A stretch of 64,000 nucleotides of DNA from Candidatus Thorarchaeota archaeon. GTDB lineage: Archaea; Asgardarchaeota; Thorarchaeia; Thorarchaeales; Thorarchaeaceae. Below, in pieces: positions 36,730-44,717 of the stretch (within the stretch, counting starts at the first letter, position 1; each line of letters starts with the position of its first letter). The translations under genes and the position numbers were made by a program. Under the pieces are notes generated by a model that worked only from the letters and a program-made list of their open reading frames with translations, did no database searches and was not told the DNA's origin. Location: NCBI GenBank assembly GCA_029855935.1, contig JAGSHN010000012.1:128001-192000 (forward strand), read 5' to 3'.

Positions 36730-37509
36730 ATGAGTGATGCTTTCCAGTCCGAAGTGTATGCCTCCATTGCCACACTGGACCAGCTCAAGCGTCTCTACGA
36801 CCTCGGCGATATCGATGTCCGCTTCTTCGAGCGTGAGTCGCGAGCATTGATCAACGAGGTTCAGCGTGGTCTCGAACAGATGAAGCGTCTTGGGCTGGAT
36901 GTGCAGGCCTTTCTGACAGACTGGAGCATACACCAGCGTTTTCCGGAGGCTGCGAATCTACTCGGACTGGTCCCTGCGCAGCCGGCAGGCCCGACGTGGA
37001 CGGCGGGCCAGTGGGCATCGAAAGAGGAGTTCTATGACTACCTAGGTCTGCTTGTTCTTGATGTGGCGACCAAACATTCCTCAAAGGGTCTGATCGGTCT
37101 GGCTGAGATGATAGTCGAGGTGCTCCGCAGCCTGCCTAATCCCCAGGTGGCCAAGTTCACTGACGTCATCGAGGCCGTCAACCGCGTTTCGGGGGCTGGA
37201 CTGATTCCCGGTATCCGTACGCTGAAGGGTGGTGTCAAGGTTGTCGAGCTCCGCCCCCTTGAGCTGAGACGTGATCAGGCCGATGTCATCAATCTCGCGG
37301 CGGGCAAGGGCTACGTTTCTCTTGAAGAGGTGATGATGAACCTCGGTTGGTCCGAGGATCACGCACGACGCGTCCTGGCCAGTCTTGTAGAAGCCGGGAT
37401 AGCGGTCGTGAGCCTGAAGTATAGCACAGGTGGCAGATACTATTTCCCCGGGCTCCGTCCGATGGAACAGGATGGTGGCCCGGACGGCAGTCCTACAGTC
37501 TCAGAGTGA
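36730..37509 (+). CDS. vps22: ESCRT-II Vps22/36 (EAP30) protein with N-terminal Vps28-N-like domain
   Basis: EFYDYLGLLVLDV, GLIGLAE, PLELRRDQADVINLA, GYVSLEEV..NLGWSEDHARRVLASLV..G, YYFPGL match SNF8; N-term SEVYASIATLDQLKRLY resembles Vps28. Confidence 0.88.
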   Translation: MSDAFQSEVYASIATLDQLKRLYDLGDIDVRFFERESRALINEVQRGLEQMKRLGLDVQAFLTDWSIHQRFPEAANLLGLVPAQPAGPTWTAGQWASKEEFYDYLGLLVLDVATKHSSKGLIGLAEMIVEVLRSLPNPQVAKFTDVIEAVNRVSGAGLIPGIRTLKGGVKVVELRPLELRRDQADVINLAAGKGYVSLEEVMMNLGWSEDHARRVLASLVEAGIAVVSLKYSTGGRYYFPGLRPMEQDGGPDGSPTVSE

Positions 37510-38179
37510 TGGCATGGCGTTTCTTGTCAAGCCACTCGGCCAGTCCGTCCTCCACCAGGATTTGGAGAGCCCTGTGCAGCTCCTCCTCGGGCAGAGATGA
37601 GAAGGTTTCCTCTGGACACTGAATGACAAGGGTCTTGACATCAATCTGCCGTTCCCCTCGCCTCAGTGCCCATGCGTAGATGACCTCGGCCCACTCCTGC
37701 ACGGAGCGCCAGTATACCCTCAGCCTCCTCTTCTCCTCGTCCATCCACTCTGCGACTCCCTGCCCAACCAACCAGTCCCCAATCAGTCTGAATGCCTCAA
37801 TCTTTCCGTGAATCTCGCCGAACTCTCTCTCTATGATGAAATCGCCAAGCGAAACAACATGGGCACCCTGATGCCTCGCCCAGTCGAGCAGATACTCTCC
37901 CCACTCTGCTGTCCATCTTTCCCTTGCCGCGTCATTCTCTGGAACTGTATACATCCACACGGCGGCGCGCGAGCCACCCCATGGAGGCGGTGGTCCTCTC
38001 TCCCTCTGGGCCACGGTGACTGCCTGCGTCCGCACTCTCGCTGAATCCCTCGTCCTGTCGTGGCGTATCGCACCGGAGATTGGGAGCGGCTGACCTCTCG
38101 CTGTTTCCGTAGCTGGTACAGTGTCCCGCTGTTCCCCGGTTCGTTTCTCCCGCTGTTTCCGTTGTTCTCTCACAGCCAC
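37493..38179 (-). CDS. vps25: ESCRT-II Vps25 with charged N-terminal extension
   Basis: MYTVPENDAARERWTAEWGEYLLDW, GVAEWMD, YWRSVQEWAEVIYAW, FSSLPEEELHRALQILV..GLAE. Confidence 0.88.
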   Translation of the reverse strand: MAVREQRKQREKRTGEQRDTVPATETARGQPLPISGAIRHDRTRDSARVRTQAVTVAQRERGPPPPWGGSRAAVWMYTVPENDAARERWTAEWGEYLLDWARHQGAHVVSLGDFIIEREFGEIHGKIEAFRLIGDWLVGQGVAEWMDEEKRRLRVYWRSVQEWAEVIYAWALRRGERQIDVKTLVIQCPEETFSSLPEEELHRALQILVEDGLAEWLDKKRHAITLRL

Positions 38180-38181
38180 GG

Positions 38182-39381
38182 CTACGGTGCCTCCGCCCAG
38201 CTGACGTACCTGCTTATGTCATTGGCTCTGATGGCTGGCCTCGTCAGGTCGATGGCGTACAGAAAGTCGTCCATACTCACAGGACGCAATACGGGGGTCA
38301 GACCATCACTCGAGAGCTGTCCGGTTCGCTGAAGTTCTCTGATCGGCTCCATTGCAGCCTCCCTGCATATCACGCTGATGTCCCTCCCGCTGTAGCCCTC
38401 GGTCAGGTCGGCAAGATCGCGGAAGCTCACATCTGCAGCGACTTCGACATCACGCATATGGACCCTGAAGATCATCTCCCGGGCATTCAGGTCCGGTAGA
38501 GGCACCAGTATCCGCTTCTCGAATCTGGACAGCAAGGCAAAGTCGAGTTCCCAAGGTAGATTTGTGGCCGCTATCACTGTGACTCGTTCTTCCGGTCTGC
38601 TGTTCAGGCCCTGGAGCTCGGTGAGGAGTTGAGTCTTCAATCGACGTTCTCCTCCGACATCGTCTGAGGAGCGCAGGCTACCGATGGAGTCTATCTCGTC
38701 GACGAAGATGATGGACGGCTGTCTCTCCCGGGCCATTGCGAAGAGAAGGTGGACGAGCCGCTCTGACTCCCCCAACCATTTGCTCACAATATTGGCTGCG
38801 GATACGTTGAAGAAGGTGGCGTTGATCTCTGCGGCTACCGCCTTGGCAATCATGGTCTTTCCGCAACCAGATGGACCATAGAGCAGGATGCCCCTCCACG
38901 GCTGTCTGGCCCGTCCTCGAAATAGCCCCGGATACCTCATTGGGACAATGACTGCGTCGTTGATTGCCTGTTTCGCCATCTCAAGACCCGCCACATCTGT
39001 GAGCCGGACGTTCGGTCTCTCCGTCACCATGGTGTCCTCAAGGGCCTCCATGAGATTGCGAGTTTCTGCAGAATCGGTTGCGAGTTCAGACCGTGGTGAG
39101 GCTGGCGAGACTGGCATGTCCGACGAGCTGGTGGGCCGTGGTCTCCGGGCGCGATGTTCGACAGTCACTCCCGACAGCTGCTTGACTCGCTGTATGCACT
39201 CCTCTGCGCGCCTGTAGTAGTAGTCTCTGACAGAGGGAATGCTTGTAGACCTAGACAGCTGCACGAGGACCCTGCTGGCCTGCAGATATGCCTGACAGGC
39301 CTCTCTTGCGAGGTTCTTCTGGTCCAGCTGTATGGCACGGCCGAGCAGCTCTCTCAGACCGCGGTCTATTCTGTCTGACAT
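38182..39381 (-). CDS. vps4: Vps4 AAA+ ATPase with MIT domain
   Basis: MIT (RAIQLD..EACQAY..RAEECIQRV), PWRGILLYGPSGCGKT, SKWLGESE, FVDEID, ATNLPW, TEGYSGRDI. Confidence 0.93.
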   Translation of the reverse strand: MSDRIDRGLRELLGRAIQLDQKNLAREACQAYLQASRVLVQLSRSTSIPSVRDYYYRRAEECIQRVKQLSGVTVEHRARRPRPTSSSDMPVSPASPRSELATDSAETRNLMEALEDTMVTERPNVRLTDVAGLEMAKQAINDAVIVPMRYPGLFRGRARQPWRGILLYGPSGCGKTMIAKAVAAEINATFFNVSAANIVSKWLGESERLVHLLFAMARERQPSIIFVDEIDSIGSLRSSDDVGGERRLKTQLLTELQGLNSRPEERVTVIAATNLPWELDFALLSRFEKRILVPLPDLNAREMIFRVHMRDVEVAADVSFRDLADLTEGYSGRDISVICREAAMEPIRELQRTGQLSSDGLTPVLRPVSMDDFLYAIDLTRPAIRANDISRYVSWAEAP

Positions 39382-39464
39382 AGGTACCCTCTACTGGTGA
39401 GTCAGAGTGGGATTAAGAACCTCTGTGACTGCTCGGTATTACGTGCCTATGCGTTCCTACTTGT

Positions 39465-40814
39465 TCAGCCGGACGTGATCTGTGCCTGCTCTACTACGAT
39501 GGAGGGTGTGATTGCCTCAGAGGTCCTCCTCACATCCCCTCCGACGAGGATCACTCGTCTGAGCAGGTCGAGCATGTTTATTCCGATGAGAGTACTCTTC
39601 ACAGGGTACCGAATCTCTCCATTCTCGAAATAGTATCCCTCCATCACAAGTGCGCTGAGGTCGCCTGTCGTCATATTCGGTCTGTCGCCCGTGTCGCGAC
39701 AGAGTATACCGCGACCCACCTCTTCAACCAGATCCATCAGCCCGCCTCTTCCCGGTTGGACTATGAGATTACTTGGAGCAATCCTTGGAGGGCTGGAGTA
39801 GGAGGATCGGCTTGCGTGAGCGGTGTTCTCAACTTGATCCTTCTGTGCAGTGTACGAGTTGTGCAGTAGACTCTTTAGTACTCCCTGCTCAAGTAGCATT
39901 ATTCTCCTCGACGGAACCCCCTCTCCGTCGAACGGTCTTGAGCTGACCTCTCCAGGGCTCAGCGCATCATCTACTATAGTCAGGTGTTCAGAGGCTATCT
40001 GCTGTCCGAGGGCATCGGCGACGTACGACCGGCCGAACTGAACCTCCTCAGCGTTGACCGCTCCACCGAACCCGCCGCCAAGTACCGAGCCGACAGCTAT
40101 CGGCCCGAATACCACCGGCATCTTGTCGTTCTCAATTCTTCTGCCTCCGAGGTTTGCGATGACCGCAGCGGCCGCCTCTCTACCGACCTTCTCAGGGTCG
40201 AACTCGCGCAATGCTCGCGCCAGCTCATATTCAGAGCTCGATGTCTGTTCATCCTCTGTCTTGATGGTCGGAGCCGAGTAGATGTATCCGGTAGTCCCCT
40301 CGTAGTATGCCTCGATGCCCAACGAATTCACGATGCCAGCGCCCCCACGCGAGGTCCGCATCTGTGCCTCAATTGCATACTTGTAGTCTGACAAGCTCTC
40401 TTTGGTCGCGTCGACCATCCTTGTGACAATGTCGGCGGCCTCTTCGGAGCTGAGGTTGGCCATCGCCCGGTCGTAGAGTCTCTCAACAACTGGATATCCA
40501 CCGCTCGCCGAGGGGAGCGATCCAAAATCGGGGTCGGGGACAGAGACATGTGCGAGCGAGATGGCTCTCTCGACAGCGGCCCTGACGTCCTCCTCTCGGA
40601 TGGTCGTGACGTATGCAAAGCCGATTCTACTATCAATGACACACCTTATTCCACAGCCACTGTCACACCTCTCTGCAGCGCTCTTGATTGAGTTGTTCTC
40701 CACCTCAATTGTGAACGAGCGAGTGCTCGCCACAAAGGCCTCGGCCTGCTCGGCGCCTTGTCTCTCAGCGTGTCTGACCGCTATCTCAGCGATACCAAGT
40801 ATCTCTTCCCGCAC
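39465..40814 (-). CDS. tldE: TldE/PmbA
   Basis: AEQAEAF, GIRCV, RPFDGEGVP, NMTTGDLS, TPSIVV; no HExxH; GTG start next to tldD stop. Confidence 0.92.
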   Translation of the reverse strand: MREEILGIAEIAVRHAERQGAEQAEAFVASTRSFTIEVENNSIKSAAERCDSGCGIRCVIDSRIGFAYVTTIREEDVRAAVERAISLAHVSVPDPDFGSLPSASGGYPVVERLYDRAMANLSSEEAADIVTRMVDATKESLSDYKYAIEAQMRTSRGGAGIVNSLGIEAYYEGTTGYIYSAPTIKTEDEQTSSSEYELARALREFDPEKVGREAAAAVIANLGGRRIENDKMPVVFGPIAVGSVLGGGFGGAVNAEEVQFGRSYVADALGQQIASEHLTIVDDALSPGEVSSRPFDGEGVPSRRIMLLEQGVLKSLLHNSYTAQKDQVENTAHASRSSYSSPPRIAPSNLIVQPGRGGLMDLVEEVGRGILCRDTGDRPNMTTGDLSALVMEGYYFENGEIRYPVKSTLIGINMLDLLRRVILVGGDVRRTSEAITPSIVVEQAQITSG

Positions 40815-40816
40815 CT

Positions 40817-42202
40817 CTACATCCCTCCGACAGGAACTTCTGTGGCCCGTGCGTGTGGTCCACCGCTCATGTCCGGCACCCATTGACCATTCTTTCCGCA
40901 AGTACCTGCGTCAAGCTCGAAGTCCCTGCCCACCGCGTCTATCTTGGAGAGAACCTCCAGTATGAGACCTGACAGCGAAACATCCCTGACCATCTGGCCA
41001 ATCTCTCCCTTCTTGATCACGTATCCGTATTGGGCTTGAAACATGAAATGTCCCATAGAGGGGTTCGTGTAGCCGTAGTTGAATCTGCACAGGAGAAGGC
41101 CATGTCTGGTGTCCTCAATCAGCTCATCAACATCCCAGTCACCCGGCTCCATGAACGTGTTGCTCATCCTCGGGATGGGTACGTGTGCATAGGACTCAGC
41201 TCTGGCTGCGCCATTCGACTCCATCCCCAGCCTAGATGCCGTTTCGAGAGAGTGGAGTATCTCTGTCAAGATGCCGTCTTTGACAAGGATTCGCTTTCTC
41301 GTCTTTGTCCCTTCCCAGTCATATGGGTAGGATCCGCGGGCACAGTCCAGCGTGGGATCATCACTTATGTTGAGCCACTCTGGTCCGACACTCTGTCCGA
41401 GCTTGTCCTCAAGGACTGTTGTGTGCGCAGGCCAGCCATCGGCCTCACAGGCGTGTCCAAACGCCTCATGCACCATTACGCCGTTGAGGACCGGATCCAT
41501 CACGACATCGTAGACGCCTCCCCTTACAGCCACCGACGAGAGCAGGTCGACGGCGGTTCTTGCGGCTCTCTCTCCAACCGTCTGAGCGTCCTCTTCCATC
41601 ATCATCTCGAACCCGCCCTTTACTCCGACAGACCTGTAGGCACGCTGCCGATTCGCCCCCTCTCTTGCCGTTATTGACGATATGATGCGCGGGAGGGAGT
41701 TCTCAATATACACAGAGGTCCCAAGAGAATTGGCCACATAGAGCTCGCTCCACAGCTCCCCGTATACAGTCCTCGCATTGGAGACACGCTCGTCAAACTC
41801 ACGTGCCTGCATGTCAATCTGTTTGACAAACTCCATCTTCTCCTCCATCGGGACATCAGGGAAGGGGCGCCTGACGGAGATGAACTCCTTCGCCCTGAAA
41901 GTGGGGCCGTCGATCTCAAATCGTTCGGCAACAAGTGGACGGACAGCGAGAGCCAGCTTGGTAGCAGACTCGCCAACCCCTCGCATTCCCTCGGGTGTGA
42001 GTTCCGTCGTCTGAGCAAAGGCCCACGCCCCGTCGATGAACGCCCTCACTCCTGCGCCTCTGAGATGGGCGGACATCGACCTCCGAGTCACGCCATTGAC
42101 CATCTCTATAACGGTAGAGTGAGTGTTCTCAATTCTCACGTCAGCGAACGATGCTCCTGCGTCGAGTGCAGACTCTACGGCAATCTGGGCAAGGTCTTCC
42201 AT
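40817..42202 (-). CDS. tldD: TldD metalloprotease
   Basis: HEAFGHACEAD, DDPT, YDWEG, PIPRMSNT, CGKNGQ. Confidence 0.94.
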   Translation of the reverse strand: MEDLAQIAVESALDAGASFADVRIENTHSTVIEMVNGVTRRSMSAHLRGAGVRAFIDGAWAFAQTTELTPEGMRGVGESATKLALAVRPLVAERFEIDGPTFRAKEFISVRRPFPDVPMEEKMEFVKQIDMQAREFDERVSNARTVYGELWSELYVANSLGTSVYIENSLPRIISSITAREGANRQRAYRSVGVKGGFEMMMEEDAQTVGERAARTAVDLLSSVAVRGGVYDVVMDPVLNGVMVHEAFGHACEADGWPAHTTVLEDKLGQSVGPEWLNISDDPTLDCARGSYPYDWEGTKTRKRILVKDGILTEILHSLETASRLGMESNGAARAESYAHVPIPRMSNTFMEPGDWDVDELIEDTRHGLLLCRFNYGYTNPSMGHFMFQAQYGYVIKKGEIGQMVRDVSLSGLILEVLSKIDAVGRDFELDAGTCGKNGQWVPDMSGGPHARATEVPVGGM

Positions 42203-42340
42203 CAGAATCACTAGCCGGTCGCATACACCGCTCGTTATAATTGCTTTGAAGAGTGAGTGGCGGTCGGTGTAACCTTGGTGATACACAGCTCTTTCTTATC
42301 CCATCACTGAGTCGAGACCAAGGCACACGGAGGCACACAG

Positions 42341-43909
42341 TTGAGTCAAGAATCCGCGCGCGACTCTTGCCAGGTCTGCAGAAGGTCTAACGGCGTCTAC
42401 TTCTGTGAGGACTGCGGTGCTGTTCTGTGTGCTGACTGTGTTGAAACGGTCACAAGCGACTTCTACTTCTGTGGCGACTGCCACTCCCAGATCCCGTCCT
42501 CGGAGACCGACAATCATCCGCAGAAGTGTCCCGAGTGTGGCTCCGAAGAGATTCGTACGGGGCGCCGGGAAGAGGAACGATGCCCCCGGTGTCACTCGAC
42601 AAGGCTTGTGCTCGTGTCGGAAAAGCGACGTACTCTCGCTCAGGACCTGCGTCAGGCAATCAATGTTCTCCAGTACGGACACTCAAGATTTCACGAGCTC
42701 TCTAGACGTCTTACTCGGATTGTCGAGACTCTGGTGTCACTACGGATGGCAAAGTTCGTCCACTACCACTGGCTTGAGCGCCACTTGGAGGAATTGCAGG
42801 AGGAGGTCCCTGCACTCAGGAACCGAATAGTCAACCGGGCCGAGATGGTGGCGCGCCAGATGGCTGCGGAAACATCAGGGATAATGCACGACCCTCTATG
42901 GACGGCTGACCAGTTCCCGTTCATATCAGGTGTGGTGAACAGGCTGCGCGAGCTTGGACGGGAGTACAAGGAGCGAGTCGATGAGACCCTCGCTGGTGCA
43001 TTCCGTCGTCTGGAGGAGATCAGCAAGACGATTGAGGGTCTCGAGTATTTCCGACGAGCCTTTGTGGCCTTTTCTAGCCTCGTCCCCCTTGAGGTCAATG
43101 AGCTGCCCGTCTGTGCACTGCCGGATATCCGCCTCACGGGGTCCGACTTTCTCAAGCACGACAAAGCCGCAGGAACGCTCTATCTGACCGACCGGCGAAT
43201 GGTCTTCATTGCCACCACTGGGACTATTCGAAAGAGGGAGTCCGTGGTCTTTGACTTTCCTCTGCCGTATCTGTCGGGGATTGAGGAGGACGGCAGACGG
43301 AAGAAGCGTCTTGTTCTGAGGATGCAACAAGGCGACATCAGGATAGTCTGTCCTGAGGGAACACGACGTGTGATGAGCGACTACATGGAGATTGCTCGCA
43401 GCTTTGCCAAGTATGCACAGACCAATCTTCAGCGTACGAGGCAGCTGCAGCGGTTCAGTTGTGCGCCTGATGAGGTGAGGATCCGTATATTGGATCTGAT
43501 TGATGACCTGCTCTCTCGAGAACGACGCAGAGCGATTGCCATGAGCGGTACGGGGGCGTACACTCGCTCTCCTCCTCCGGTCCACAGCTGGGGCTATCCG
43601 GAGACCTCGAATAGTCCTAGGGCCACATTCTCGGGGTCGCCATTCAGTCCGCAGGCCACAAGTCCAGATAGTCGCTACAGCTTGGACGGCTCGTATGTGA
43701 GAACGGCTGCGACTTCGCCCCCGCGCGGTGTCTACTCGCAACACTATGGCGACGGGGACATGACTGCACTACTCAATCACGAGATCCAAGAGACAATACG
43801 TGCACTCAGACGGGGTCGACTTCCTCCTGACGAGTTTGTTCGGCGTTATCGTGACCTGATGCGGAGTTCATTTGAGATGGAGCGACGCTTCTACGAAAGG
43901 GTTCGGTAG
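42341..43909 (+). CDS. Multidomain protein: B-box-like and Zn-ribbon fingers, coiled coil, GRAM/GLUE-like PH domain, Pro/Ser-rich linker, steadiness-box-like C-terminus
   Basis: CQVC..FCEDCGAVLCADC plus three more CxxC; AAGTLYLTDRRMVF; IRALRRGRLPPDEFVRRYRDL. Confidence 0.75.
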   Translation: MSQESARDSCQVCRRSNGVYFCEDCGAVLCADCVETVTSDFYFCGDCHSQIPSSETDNHPQKCPECGSEEIRTGRREEERCPRCHSTRLVLVSEKRRTLAQDLRQAINVLQYGHSRFHELSRRLTRIVETLVSLRMAKFVHYHWLERHLEELQEEVPALRNRIVNRAEMVARQMAAETSGIMHDPLWTADQFPFISGVVNRLRELGREYKERVDETLAGAFRRLEEISKTIEGLEYFRRAFVAFSSLVPLEVNELPVCALPDIRLTGSDFLKHDKAAGTLYLTDRRMVFIATTGTIRKRESVVFDFPLPYLSGIEEDGRRKKRLVLRMQQGDIRIVCPEGTRRVMSDYMEIARSFAKYAQTNLQRTRQLQRFSCAPDEVRIRILDLIDDLLSRERRRAIAMSGTGAYTRSPPPVHSWGYPETSNSPRATFSGSPFSPQATSPDSRYSLDGSYVRTAATSPPRGVYSQHYGDGDMTALLNHEIQETIRALRRGRLPPDEFVRRYRDLMRSSFEMERRFYERVR

Positions 43910-44000
43910 GCTCCGCCAGAACCCCTGCGTGAAACTATGAGGCGTGCACGGACTGTGGGACATTGAGCGTGAGGACATTGAGCGTGAGTCTGAGCGGAGT

Positions 44001-44633
44001 CTAGAGGCCAAGCCTCCTCTCAAGCGCCTGAATCTCTTCTGCCAGTCTGTCGGGTGGTGCCTTGGTGGATGGAGTGGTCCCCCTACGGCCGCCACTCTCC
44101 ACAACCTCGGAATCTATCTCCGCCATCACGTCTGCCAGCTCCTCAGGAGCAATTCTGCCATCCGTGGCTCCGTGGAGGGTCTCCTCGAAGATGCCGTTCT
44201 CAATCTCGAACTGCTCGAGTCTTCGTGCCACCTCGTCGAGATTCTGAATGACCCTCTTGGCACTGATCTCTTCTCCGAGGATACCAAAGATTGCTGCCAC
44301 CCTCTCCATGCCTATGTTGACTCTTGCTGTTATCCTCGCTCGCTTGATGTAGGACGCAATACGTAGAAGAGAGAACCGGACACGCTCGATCTTGAGAATA
44401 TCACGATGTGTCCGCAGGACCTCCCCGGCATAGAGTATGCAGGCCTCGTTCTGCCCGTTTCTGCGAGCTGTCACTGCCCGCCTCTTGGCATCGGCAGCCA
44501 GTTTCTCCAGATGGTTGCGCTCACGTTCGAGCTCTCTGGCCATCACCTGAAGACCGCTGACAATCTCCGTGACATCTGGCTTTTTTCTGCCCCATATGGC
44601 GGCCCGCTTCAACAGACGCAATAGTTTCACCAC
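44001..44633 (-). CDS. ESCRT-III, Vps2/24/46 (CHMP1-like) class
   Basis: LQVMARELER, ARRNGQNEACILYAGEVLR, EELADVMAEI, C-term MIM1-like helix LAEEIQALERRL. Confidence 0.87.
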   Translation of the reverse strand: MVKLLRLLKRAAIWGRKKPDVTEIVSGLQVMARELERERNHLEKLAADAKRRAVTARRNGQNEACILYAGEVLRTHRDILKIERVRFSLLRIASYIKRARITARVNIGMERVAAIFGILGEEISAKRVIQNLDEVARRLEQFEIENGIFEETLHGATDGRIAPEELADVMAEIDSEVVESGGRRGTTPSTKAPPDRLAEEIQALERRLGL

Positions 44634-44717
44634 TGCTGGTATCCTGTCTCAGGAGTGGGTCAAGGAGGCCTTGTATAAACCCTAGTAGGACGCTGGGCAT
44701 ACGTGGCGCTACAGCTC

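Noticed and set aside
38182-39381. Cdc48/katanin or crenarchaeal CdvC assignment
   Set aside because: A single AAA domain plus MIT next to vps25 supports Vps4.
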